Shown here one piece after another: positions 38,563 to 48,259 of a DNA stretch of 64,000 nucleotides (within the stretch, counting starts at the first letter, position 1; every line of letters starts with the position of its first letter). The position numbers and the translations under genes are program-made. The stretch covers positions 2,752,001 through 2,816,000 of the forward strand of contig OZ244048.1 in NCBI GenBank assembly GCA_965215265.1. The letters are read 5' to 3'. Source of the stretch: Candidatus Poribacteria bacterium (GTDB taxonomy: Bacteria > Poribacteria > WGA-4E > WGA-3G). Under the pieces are notes generated by a model, which saw only the letters and a program-made list of their open reading frames with translations, ran no database searches and was not told where the DNA came from.

Positions 38563-39960
38563 ATGGAAACGCCTCTAAAAATCAATTTTGACAAAGGCAC
38601 ACTCATCCTACAGAACGTCCCAGAGAAGTTTCATGCGCAATTGATAGATGTCCGTTGGGATGAACGCACGCTAACGTTCCGCGCGCCTGCCTATCGATAT
38701 AGACAGATTATATCGCAACTGCTGGCACACGATACTCCTTATCAGGACGCAGCACGGCAATTCACAGTAGAACCGTTCAAACTTCAAAAGAGCCTACCGC
38801 CATATCCGTATCAGACGGAGGCGATTGACGCATGGCATGCTAACGGTAAGCGCGGGGTTATCAGTCTACCGACAGGTGCAGGCAAAACGTTCATCGCTAT
38901 TCTACTCATCGTAGATACACAACGCCCGACGCTCGTACATGTGCCGACGCTCGATTTAATGCACCAATGGTACACTGTTCTTACGGAATACTTCGGGCAG
39001 GAGGTGGGGCTCTATGGCGGCGGGTATCACGAATTGAAACCCCTCACTGTGACAACATATCAATCCGCTGTCATGCATGCCCCCTATTACGGGGACCGAT
39101 TCGGCTTTACCATTTTTGACGAGTGCCATCATCTGCCCGGGGAGCAATATCAATATGCCGCAATCAGCAGCATCGCTCCATTTCGTTTAGGTTTGACTGC
39201 CACCCCTGAACGCGTCGATGGAAAAGAGCAGCGACTCTATGCTCTGCTCGGAGAATGTTGCTACGAAGCAAAAATCCAGGAACTTTCTGGAAAGACACTC
39301 TCTCCATATCGCGTGCACACGATTCCGGTTGAGATGGAAGACACCGAACGCGTCCGTTACGAAGAAGCACGCCGTACCTATTTAGGCTTCCTTAAAAAAG
39401 CAGGCATTAATATGGGAACACCACGCGGCTGGAAGCACTTCCTCTGGAAATCGTCTCAAACTCCCGACGGACGCGCAGCCTTCAAGGCGTACCTGACACA
39501 AAAGCAGCTCAGCTTCGCATCTACCACCAAGCAGGAGTGGGTGTGGAAATTGATTCAGCGACACCGCAGTGACAGAATCCTTATCTTTACGCAGGATAAC
39601 AACACAGCGTACGAATTGGGGATGCGTTTCTTTTTGCCCGTACTCACGCACCAGACGAAACTCAAAGAACGCGAATCCTTTTTGAACCACTTTCGCGACG
39701 GTACTTATTCTATCCTTGTTACCTCTAAGGTCTTAAATGAGGGCGTAGATGTGCCCGAGGCGAATGTCGCTATCATCGTTTCAGGGAGTGGAAGTGTCCG
39801 CGAGCACGTTCAACGACTCGGGCGCATCTTGCGGAAGCGCGAAGGGAAACAGGCTGTGCTTTACGAACTCATCTCCAAGCAGACGGGCGAACACTTTGTC
39901 AACAAACGCCGAAGGCAACACCATGCTTACCAAAAACCTGCTCCGATATCGCATCCGTAA
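38563..39960 (+). CDS. XPB/Rad25-like superfamily 2 helicase
   Basis: LPTGAGKT, DECHH, LGLTATPER, LNEGVDVP, QRLGRILR. Confidence 0.9.
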   Translation: METPLKINFDKGTLILQNVPEKFHAQLIDVRWDERTLTFRAPAYRYRQIISQLLAHDTPYQDAARQFTVEPFKLQKSLPPYPYQTEAIDAWHANGKRGVISLPTGAGKTFIAILLIVDTQRPTLVHVPTLDLMHQWYTVLTEYFGQEVGLYGGGYHELKPLTVTTYQSAVMHAPYYGDRFGFTIFDECHHLPGEQYQYAAISSIAPFRLGLTATPERVDGKEQRLYALLGECCYEAKIQELSGKTLSPYRVHTIPVEMEDTERVRYEEARRTYLGFLKKAGINMGTPRGWKHFLWKSSQTPDGRAAFKAYLTQKQLSFASTTKQEWVWKLIQRHRSDRILIFTQDNNTAYELGMRFFLPVLTHQTKLKERESFLNHFRDGTYSILVTSKVLNEGVDVPEANVAIIVSGSGSVREHVQRLGRILRKREGKQAVLYELISKQTGEHFVNKRRRQHHAYQKPAPISHP

Positions 39961-41350
39961 TGGACACATCCATCCGGAATTTGTAGAACCAGAGGATGCC
40001 ACCTTATTAACAGTCGCAGAGCAGCTCATTGAAGTATTTGAAGCTGCACCTGGGCAGCCCCGCAACGCCCTGCTAGAATCCAGTAAGCACGTCCTCGATA
40101 GCACACCCGGGCAAATTATTGTTAAACGTGGACTTGAAAAACTCCTATTAGATCGAACAGAATTTGATACCGCCCCGAACGAAGAGCTCATAGCGTTTCG
40201 CCAAAAACTTTTTAGGCGAGCGAGTCAAATCCTCACGACCCAACCCTTTCCTAATCTGGAAGACTATCAGAGACAACTTACCGCAGCGTTTGACGAACAA
40301 GAACCTCATCCAGGAAACGGCAACACTGTTTCTCGTGAGATGAACGTCCGCGATTCCCTCCAAAACAACGATGTCGTGTACCAGCAGCAAAAAAGACTCT
40401 ACGCGGATCTGCCGAGTTGCCAACCTGCGCTGTCATTCAACACACTCTCTGCCGAACGGCTGCTTCACCGTTACAACTGCGCCCAAGTGCAGGGTCTGCT
40501 TCTCCATTGCAACACACTCACGCTCACGCTTGCCGATTCCATGACAGCCGAGTTACGGCAATTGTTCAAATACCTCAGATTCAACCAGCTCCTCTGCACC
40601 ATTCAAAAAGAGAAAAGGGAAAATGAGGGAAAAGGGACTGAACTATGTGATAAAGAAAAAAACGGGTCGACAAAAACGTCTCTGAGCAGTCATGCTAAGC
40701 AACATTCATGCAAAACAAGTCCAGAAGAACTATATCGGATTCGGGTGGACGGACCGCTGAACCTATTTTACCAAACGAAACGGTACGGCATGAATCTGGC
40801 GAATTTCTTCGTTGCCGTATTGCATCAACCCAAATGGACGCTCATCGCCGATATCCAGTTCCGGAATCAACCAACTTACCGGTTATGCTTAGAGGAATCA
40901 TGCGGCATCAAACCGATTTCACAGCAATTCCTCGCTTACATTCCGGAAGATATCCAACTCTTTCAGGAGATGCTGCGCCATAAAACGGATGCATGGCACA
41001 TCAGCCCCGGAAGCCACTTCCTCGCTTTAGCAGGTGATTTCTACTGCTTCCCAGATTATGAACTGGTTCACAACAGCGGTGTGAAAACCGCAATTGAACT
41101 GTTCCATCCGTGGCATCAAGGGCACCTCATCGCACGCCTCAACACGCTTGATGAAACCGACAACGCCGCATCCGCCGCTCTATCCCGAACAGATGTGCCT
41201 CTCATTCTGGGTGTCTCAAACGAGTTGGCAAAAAGAACGGGCATCGCGGAGGTATTGGAGGCATCTGCGTATTTCTCACAATTCGGTTTTACTTTCAGGA
41301 CGGTGCCGACAATGAGTACGTTGCTTCCGATTCTGAATTCGCTCGTGTAA
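39923..41350 (+). CDS. DUF790 family (Bax1-like) endonuclease
   Basis: Overlaps the helicase end; LYADL, RYNCAQVQGLL, VDGPLNLF..T.RYG, FPDY...IELF nuclease motif; start ATG 39923. Confidence 0.8.
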   Translation: MLTKNLLRYRIRNGHIHPEFVEPEDATLLTVAEQLIEVFEAAPGQPRNALLESSKHVLDSTPGQIIVKRGLEKLLLDRTEFDTAPNEELIAFRQKLFRRASQILTTQPFPNLEDYQRQLTAAFDEQEPHPGNGNTVSREMNVRDSLQNNDVVYQQQKRLYADLPSCQPALSFNTLSAERLLHRYNCAQVQGLLLHCNTLTLTLADSMTAELRQLFKYLRFNQLLCTIQKEKRENEGKGTELCDKEKNGSTKTSLSSHAKQHSCKTSPEELYRIRVDGPLNLFYQTKRYGMNLANFFVAVLHQPKWTLIADIQFRNQPTYRLCLEESCGIKPISQQFLAYIPEDIQLFQEMLRHKTDAWHISPGSHFLALAGDFYCFPDYELVHNSGVKTAIELFHPWHQGHLIARLNTLDETDNAASAALSRTDVPLILGVSNELAKRTGIAEVLEASAYFSQFGFTFRTVPTMSTLLPILNSLV

Positions 41351-41493
41351 AGTGGTGCGAAAAACTTGAAGATTCATAATTTTTGTGATATTCTTAAAAA
41401 AAAGAGGTATACCGTTTACGTGAAAAAAGCAGCGGAACCTTGATTTCAATCCTATCTTCTGCTACAATATAGCGGAGCAACGGAGGGAACCTT

Positions 41494-42045
41494 ATGACTT
41501 TTCTATACGGCCTGGACCAGCTGTGCCTCGGCGCGTTACTGTTAATCGTCGGGTTGACGCTTTGCTTTACCGGATGCGGCACAAAAAGTATTCCGTATTC
41601 ACAAAGCATGGATGCGCCAGAGCCCAGCGATGTCGCAAAATCGCATTACAATTGGGCTCTCGTTTCTGCAGAGAGAGGCAACTTTGAACAAGCTATCATT
41701 GAACTCAATTTAGCAATCCAGAATGAGCCAGGGTGGACAATGCCGTATTTCACGCTCGGTGTGGTATATGGGAATCAGGGCGAGCTGAACCTGGCTATCC
41801 CGGCCTGGGAGCGGGCTACCCAGCTCGACGCTAACTTTGCGAAGGCACATTACAACCTCGCTATTGCCTATTCACTGACAGCAGAAAAAAACAAATCTAT
41901 TGCCTCACTGCGCGAAGCGACACGGTTAGATAAGGCGGCACTCGCTTCAGCAAAGACAGAACCCGGTTTTGATAACATTCGAAGCACACCCGAATATCAG
42001 AGATTGGTGAAAGAGAATCCTGAACTGAAGCAGAACGGCGAATAG
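41494..42045 (+). CDS. TPR lipoprotein
   Basis: FTGC lipobox-like motif; three TPR units (AHYNLAIAY). Confidence 0.8.
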   Translation: MTFLYGLDQLCLGALLLIVGLTLCFTGCGTKSIPYSQSMDAPEPSDVAKSHYNWALVSAERGNFEQAIIELNLAIQNEPGWTMPYFTLGVVYGNQGELNLAIPAWERATQLDANFAKAHYNLAIAYSLTAEKNKSIASLREATRLDKAALASAKTEPGFDNIRSTPEYQRLVKENPELKQNGE

Positions 42046-42148
42046 TTCAAATGTCGCCCGAAGGAAAATGGCCATAAAGGCACTGCCGAGCTGGGCACAC
42101 GAACCTTCACGCCAAAGAAACCTTATAGATTGATTCTGTATAGAAAAA

Positions 42149-43177
42149 ATGGCTAACTACACAACCGTTTCACCGACGGAGCTTGATGAAATCGTCTCAC
42201 ATTACGCTATCGGCAAGCCGCAACGGCTTGAAGAAATTCCCGGTGGGCTTGGAAACAGTAACTTTAAGCTAACGACGACGGATGGCGTATTCCTGCTGAA
42301 AATTTGCAATGAAAAAAACCGGGCGGAACTCCAGATGCAAATTGAACTCCTTGAGCATCTCCGCCAACATAATTATCCAACACCGTATCCAATTGATAAG
42401 ACAAACGGCGAGTCTGTTCACCTTACCACAATTCAAACAAGCGGCACGGCTTCTACCTGCTACGTTATGCTCTATCCGTTTCTGCCTGGTGGTCCTCTTA
42501 CCCCGTCACCAGAGACATTGGCACAGATTGGGGCGGTCTTGGGTAAGCTGCATTGCATCCCACCACCTGACATCCACAACGGCCGATGCGTGAGAAGCCC
42601 GATGCGAAAAGGACTCCCGCGCTTTCCGATGGGGGTTTCACAAATGGTGCCGTTTTTGCAGGAAGTAGAAGGGACACAATTCGCTGCACATCCATTTGTC
42701 AAATACTTGAATTCGCAACTTAAACGTCTGGAACCGCGACTCAGCGAATCGCTGCCTACCGGGCTCCTACACGGAGATCTTTTTGGTGATAATACGCTTT
42801 TCCAAGATGACAAACTCATTGCAATTCTTGACTTCGAGGAAGGTGCACATGATACCTTACTGATTGATGTTGGAATGGCCGTGGTAGGTTGCTGTTACAC
42901 TGCACAACATCAACTAAATATAGCGGCGGTGCATCGTTTTTTAGAAGTTTACGACACCGTTCGTCCTTTAACCCGGCGCGAATGGGAGTGCTTAGATGAC
43001 TTCGTCCATTACGCAGCGCTCTCCATCGCGTTCTGGCGGTTCCGGCAGTTTAACATCCGCCGTCCAAACAAACAGCGTGCAAATACGTATCAGGAGATGA
43101 TAACCCGTATTACCCACTGGTCGCGTTTCGTGCCGCTCGTCAAGAAGTCTAGGGCACGCTCGACAGAACAACTTTGA
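42149..43177 (+). CDS. Homoserine kinase type II / aminoglycoside-phosphotransferase-fold kinase
   Basis: MANYT, G..NSNF, GLLHGDLFGDN, ILDFE; ThrB assignment plausible but not certain. Confidence 0.75.
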   Translation: MANYTTVSPTELDEIVSHYAIGKPQRLEEIPGGLGNSNFKLTTTDGVFLLKICNEKNRAELQMQIELLEHLRQHNYPTPYPIDKTNGESVHLTTIQTSGTASTCYVMLYPFLPGGPLTPSPETLAQIGAVLGKLHCIPPPDIHNGRCVRSPMRKGLPRFPMGVSQMVPFLQEVEGTQFAAHPFVKYLNSQLKRLEPRLSESLPTGLLHGDLFGDNTLFQDDKLIAILDFEEGAHDTLLIDVGMAVVGCCYTAQHQLNIAAVHRFLEVYDTVRPLTRREWECLDDFVHYAALSIAFWRFRQFNIRRPNKQRANTYQEMITRITHWSRFVPLVKKSRARSTEQL

Positions 43178-43193
43178 GAGCAAATAGAAAAAA

Positions 43194-45008
43194 ATGTCTT
43201 TAATCCGTTTAGCAAACGTCACAAAACTATACGACCCGGACCTAATTCTGGATGATATTTCGCTCTCAATTGAGCATGGTGACAGAATCGGGTTAATTGG
43301 CCGTAACGGAACCGGAAAAACAACGTTAATTAAAATTATAGCGGGGCTGCTGACCAATTTTAAGGGGAGTGTTACCTCCGCAAAAGGATTACGTATCGGC
43401 TATTTGAGTCAAGAGCCTGAGTTTATGCCTGACTGTACGTTGCGTCAGGAAATGCTCAAAGTTTTTGAGGAGCGCCGTGCTCTTGAGGATAGGATGCTCC
43501 TTCTGGCGGAACGCATGGAGGCACAAGCGGACTCGCAGCTGCTAACACAATATGCCCGGATTCAGGAACAGCATGAGCAGCTTGGCGGGTATGAATATGA
43601 ACATCAGATAAACCGTTATCTCGGCGGCTTGGGATTCAGCGAATTAGACTTCAATCTTCCTATGCGTGTGCTCAGCGGCGGTCAGAAGAGCCGGGCGATG
43701 CTCGCGAAGTTGCTTCTTGAAAAACCTGATTTGTTGCTTTTTGACGAACCCACCAATCATCTTGACATTAACGGCATTGAGTGGCTGGAGAATTACCTCA
43801 ATTCCGAATATAACGGGGCAGTACTCGTTGTTTCCCACGACCGGTATTTTTTAGATAAGGTTATCCGAAAGGTTTGGGAGCTAGAGGCACAACGCGTGAA
43901 AACATATCGCGGGAATTACTCTAAGTACATTGAAACACGAGGCGTTGAACGCTTGGTAACAGAACGTGAATTCAAAAAGCAGCAAGCGTTTATCGCGCAC
44001 GAGGAGGACTTTATCCAGCGAAATATCGCAGGGCAGCGAACGCGCGAAGCACAAGGGAGACGCAAAAAACTTGCACGGTTAGAGAAAATTGAAAAGCCAA
44101 AACGTGACGCACCCACACTCAAACTCCGTTTTAGTTCAGAAACCCGTGGTGGAAACGACATTCTCCGGTGCAAAAATCTCGGCAAACGATTCGGAGACAA
44201 GACGGTTTTCACCGGGATGAGTTGTGAGGTTTACCGTGGGGATGTCATCGGAATCATTGGTGCGAACGGGACCGGAAAAACTACGCTTTTCCGAATGATT
44301 TTAGGACAAGAACAACCCACGCAGGGCGAAATCTGGGTAGGGCCAACTCTGAAGCTAGCGTATTATACCCAGGAATTAGAAGGACTCAACCCGAATAATA
44401 AAATTATTGACGAAATCTCAAGCAGCGTACAGCCCGCTCATATCGACAAAAAGACGATTTCTAACCAAGCAGGTACTGACGAATTGGATAGACAATCTCT
44501 CGCTCCAAGTAAAGCAACTGTAAATGCCATGCTACCCGGGGAAATCCGCAGTTTTTTAGCACGGTTTCTCTTTACCGGGGATGAAGTGTTCAAACGCATC
44601 GGTAACCTCAGTGGTGGGGAGCAGAGCCGTGTGGCGCTCGCCAAGCTGCTATTAGAGAAAGCAAACGTTCTGCTGCTTGATGAGCCGACGAACCACCTGG
44701 ATATTCCGGCGCGTGAAGCGCTTGAAGCAGCACTCGCGGAGTATCCTGCGACCGTTTTTATTATTTCTCACGATAGGTACTTGCTGAACAGTTTAGCAAC
44801 AAAACTCCTTATTTTTAAGAATGGAACCGCCAGTTTGTTTAAAGGACGTTATAATGAATATGAAGCCCAACAATCGCAACAAGTTAGGACGGTTAAACAA
44901 AACCCGGAGCCACCTGAGCTGGATACAAACACTCCTGCTGTCAAACGGAAGTCAAAATCAAAGCGAAAACGTCAAATAAAAGCACAACGGTTGATAGGTA
45001 GCAATTGA
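43194..45008 (+). CDS. ABC-F family ATPase
   Basis: Two ABC domains (GRNGTGKT/LSGGQ/DEPTNHLD and GANGTGKT/LSGGE/DEPTNHLD), no TM segments. Confidence 0.95.
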   Translation: MSLIRLANVTKLYDPDLILDDISLSIEHGDRIGLIGRNGTGKTTLIKIIAGLLTNFKGSVTSAKGLRIGYLSQEPEFMPDCTLRQEMLKVFEERRALEDRMLLLAERMEAQADSQLLTQYARIQEQHEQLGGYEYEHQINRYLGGLGFSELDFNLPMRVLSGGQKSRAMLAKLLLEKPDLLLFDEPTNHLDINGIEWLENYLNSEYNGAVLVVSHDRYFLDKVIRKVWELEAQRVKTYRGNYSKYIETRGVERLVTEREFKKQQAFIAHEEDFIQRNIAGQRTREAQGRRKKLARLEKIEKPKRDAPTLKLRFSSETRGGNDILRCKNLGKRFGDKTVFTGMSCEVYRGDVIGIIGANGTGKTTLFRMILGQEQPTQGEIWVGPTLKLAYYTQELEGLNPNNKIIDEISSSVQPAHIDKKTISNQAGTDELDRQSLAPSKATVNAMLPGEIRSFLARFLFTGDEVFKRIGNLSGGEQSRVALAKLLLEKANVLLLDEPTNHLDIPAREALEAALAEYPATVFIISHDRYLLNSLATKLLIFKNGTASLFKGRYNEYEAQQSQQVRTVKQNPEPPELDTNTPAVKRKSKSKRKRQIKAQRLIGSN

Positions 45009-45061
45009 AAAATCACTACACTTAAAAAAACACGTTTTTTTACTGTTTTTTGCATTTTAAT

Positions 45062-45090
45062 TTGACATTCGCAAAAAATTAGTGTATAAT
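45062..45090 (+). promoter_or_regulatory. Consensus sigma70 promoter
   Basis: TTGACA-17-TATAAT. Confidence 0.85.
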
Positions 45091-45138
45091 TATATCGTAT
45101 ACGACGGAATTTACCTCTGATATAGGACGTATGTAGAA

Positions 45139-46023
45139 ATGTCTAAGAAGCATAAGGAATTTAACCGTGGGATTGATGTTGTGATGCGTGTGATGCGTCA
45201 GGCGCAGGCAGCTGTCAAGTCGCGTTTCATTCAGGAAGTCGTCCCCAATCGGCTGACGATTGTGCAGTTTAACGCTTTGCAGCACCTTCATTGGTATGGA
45301 CGTGAAGCCGGCATGTCTATCAGTGAATTAGGTGAGCATTTAGGGCTTGCACATAATACAGTATCTGGGTTAGTAAAACGATTGGAACAGCACGGCTGGG
45401 TTGTCCGTCGTAAATGCACGGTTGACCGGCGGCGTAGCAACATTGAGTTGACCTCGCAGGCCACGGAACTTTTCCGAGAACGCGTAGCCCATGCTACAAA
45501 CTTTTGGCAATGCACCTTTGGACAGTTATCTGCTGAGGAGCAGGAGAACCTCATTCAAAGCCTAAAGCGGTTGCAACAAGTTATGGCAAAGCCCGTGTGG
45601 CCAAGCTATGCGCAGCTACATCCGCGCGATAACGACCATTTACATCAGCGGTTTCAAGACGAGCTTGGCGAACTCGCCCAAGCAAAACTCAAACTCATCG
45701 GGATGCGGTTTATTTTAGCGCAAATTGCCGAAAAGCGCAATGAATATGAGCTCGCGGCGTACCTCAATCAGGCAGCCACGGAGGAAATTCGCCATATAAA
45801 CCAGTTGTTCGCGAAGCTTGGACATGGCGAAAATTTTGAATTGCTCCTGTCTGAACTCGCTCAGGAAGACCGGGGAGTTTATGAGGAATTGCTCTCACTA
45901 CTTGATACCGCGCCAGATGCTCAAAACGGTGAAGAGTTAACGCTTCTACAACGGATGGCGCAAGATAGCCGAAGATATAGCCGTTGGTTTCGCCCGAGTC
46001 GTATTGTAGAGTTGAAGAAATAA
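45139..46023 (+). CDS. MarR family regulator with C-terminal ferritin-like helical domain
   Basis: LTIVQF..L, SISELGEHLGL, VKRLEQHGWV.R..DRR; C-terminal A.EEIRH motif. Confidence 0.75.
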   Translation: MSKKHKEFNRGIDVVMRVMRQAQAAVKSRFIQEVVPNRLTIVQFNALQHLHWYGREAGMSISELGEHLGLAHNTVSGLVKRLEQHGWVVRRKCTVDRRRSNIELTSQATELFRERVAHATNFWQCTFGQLSAEEQENLIQSLKRLQQVMAKPVWPSYAQLHPRDNDHLHQRFQDELGELAQAKLKLIGMRFILAQIAEKRNEYELAAYLNQAATEEIRHINQLFAKLGHGENFELLLSELAQEDRGVYEELLSLLDTAPDAQNGEELTLLQRMAQDSRRYSRWFRPSRIVELKK

Positions 46024-46106
46024 CGGGCGTTCACGGTTGTACACAACACGCTTTCTAGCAACGACTAGAAAAAATAATTCCGGCAGAAACAAACAAAGAG
46101 GAAAAC

Positions 46107-46724
46107 ATGCACTCCCAAGACCCAGAAAGTCTCCCCCCAGAGTGTCCAGACGATATAGAACTGATTGAGCGTTTCCGGCACGGTGAGACTGACGTGTTTG
46201 ATACGCTTTTTATCCGTTACCAGAAACGCGTCTATCAACTCGTGCAGCGGTTCGTCTCAAACCATGAAGATGCGCGCGATATTACCCAAGACGCATTCAT
46301 CCGCGCCTACCAAGGCTTAGCGAAGTTCAAAAACCAGTGCCAATTTTATAGCTGGCTTTACCGCATTACGGTAAATCTCTGCATCGATTTCTTGAGGAAG
46401 CAGGCGCGCTCGGAAGTCCTGATATATGAATCCGACGATGAGGACACATTGCCTATGGCAAGCATACCTGATTTACGCTCAGAATCACCTTCAAAAGTTG
46501 TTGAGAATAAGGAATTAAGGGAACACATCCGCAAAGCTATTAGGAAGCTGCCGCCGAAGCAAAGGCAAATTTTCATCTTACGACATTGGGATGGATTGTC
46601 ACTCAAAGATATTGCCGCCACGGTAGGCAGGTCAGATGGAACGGTAAAAGCACACTTGTTCCACGCGCACCGCAACCTCCGGAAACATCTGCGTCCTTAC
46701 GCGCAAGAAGCAGGGATTCTTTGA
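46107..46724 (+). CDS. ECF sigma-70 factor
   Basis: DITQDAFIRAY, FYSWLYRITVN, region 4 LSLKDIA..GTVKAHL. Confidence 0.93.
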   Translation: MHSQDPESLPPECPDDIELIERFRHGETDVFDTLFIRYQKRVYQLVQRFVSNHEDARDITQDAFIRAYQGLAKFKNQCQFYSWLYRITVNLCIDFLRKQARSEVLIYESDDEDTLPMASIPDLRSESPSKVVENKELREHIRKAIRKLPPKQRQIFILRHWDGLSLKDIAATVGRSDGTVKAHLFHAHRNLRKHLRPYAQEAGIL

Positions 46725-46911
46725 TTCTCGCTAAAGCTAAAAAGACACTGACAACTGACAGCTGTCACACATATTCCACAATAAGGCTAAAGTTTTATCA
46801 TCTCTATTGCCTGCCGCACCTAAGGGGCATTTTGGTAAGTTTGCCGCAAGCATTTTGGGCGAGGTAAACAGACAAGTGTTAAGGCACCTCGCCCTGCCCT
46901 ATTAACGAAAA

Positions 46912-47958
46912 TTAGGCTTTTGCTTCTTCAGAGATGAACAGTGCATCAACGAAATCTGCTGCTGCGAAATCCTGTAAATCATCTAGCCGTTCGCCAACGC
47001 CGATGAGTTTGACAGGTGCCCCAATTTCTGACTTGACTGCCAAGACGATACCGCCTTTGGCTGTCCCATCTAATTTTGTCACAACGACACCTGTAATCGG
47101 GACAGCATCGTTGAAAACCTTTGCCTGCATCAACGCGTTTTGTCCAACCGTACCGTCAATGACAAGTAGTACTTCGTGGGGTGCCTCGGCGTGCAGGCGT
47201 GTCATGACGCGTCCAATTTTCGCCAATTCATCCATCAACGGTTTTTTGGTGTGGAGCCTACCTGCAGTGTCTACAATCAGCACGTCTGCCTCACGATTTT
47301 TCGCAGCATGAACCGCATCAAACACGACAGATGCGGGCTCTGCATCTGCTCCACCGCGGATCAGTTCTGCATTTGCACGTTCGCACCAAATCGCCAACTG
47401 TTCTTCTGCAGCGGCGCGGAACGTATCGCCTGCAGCGACGACAACACGTAGGCCTTCGGACCGGAAACGGCTCGCCAATTTACCTATCGTTGTGGTTTTT
47501 CCTGCACCATTTACACCCAGTACCAAAATTGTGTAAGGTTTTTCGGCTACTCGGGACGGAATTTGTGCTGCATCAGTTCCAACGCCTTCGCGCGAAATCT
47601 CCCCTATCTTCAACGGGATGTTATCGCCTAACAGTTTGAGAATCTCTTCTTTGAGGACTGACTCCAATTCCGAAGAATCATGCAAGCCTTTTGCTTTGAC
47701 AGCAGCTCTGACATTATCCATCAACGTCAGCGTTGTATCAACGCCGACATCCGCTCGAATTAAAATTTCTTCAATCTCTTCCATCAACTCTTCGTCAATT
47801 TGCCTGCCGACGCGGAGTAACCCAGAGAGTTGACTCAGGAACTCCTTTCGAGTTTTCGCTAAACCGGACTTAAGACGATCCAACCAATTCTGTTTTTTAT
47901 CACTTACCTCTGAATCAGCGCGGTTTTTATTGGGACTTCTCAATAATTTTTTAAGCAT
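46912..47958 (-). CDS. ftsY: Signal recognition particle receptor
   Basis: GVNGAGKTTT, DTFRAAA, DTAGR, TKLDGTAKGG, GVGE; start ATG 47958 after AAGGAG. Confidence 0.97.
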   Translation of the reverse strand: MLKKLLRSPNKNRADSEVSDKKQNWLDRLKSGLAKTRKEFLSQLSGLLRVGRQIDEELMEEIEEILIRADVGVDTTLTLMDNVRAAVKAKGLHDSSELESVLKEEILKLLGDNIPLKIGEISREGVGTDAAQIPSRVAEKPYTILVLGVNGAGKTTTIGKLASRFRSEGLRVVVAAGDTFRAAAEEQLAIWCERANAELIRGGADAEPASVVFDAVHAAKNREADVLIVDTAGRLHTKKPLMDELAKIGRVMTRLHAEAPHEVLLVIDGTVGQNALMQAKVFNDAVPITGVVVTKLDGTAKGGIVLAVKSEIGAPVKLIGVGERLDDLQDFAAADFVDALFISEEAKA

Positions 47959-48259
47959 CCATTCTCCTTTATACATTGCTGAATTGACATATTAATTGTT
48001 GCTGTAGAACCTCTAACGAGATAATACGAAACGTGTCGGGTTCTTGCCTCTCTTCTACTTTGACGGGTGCCCAGAAATATTTCCTCCTTTCAAAACAGTT
48101 TATCACAGAACACGAAATTAGCGAAGTTAATTCTTAATTTTGATACAAACGCGTATCTGCAGCCCGTGGCAAGAGATAGCGCGATGAATGACCTGACTAC
48201 GAATAGCACAGTCTGACATTGCACCATCCACCACGGCAGGCTTTTCTGAAAAAAAAGCA

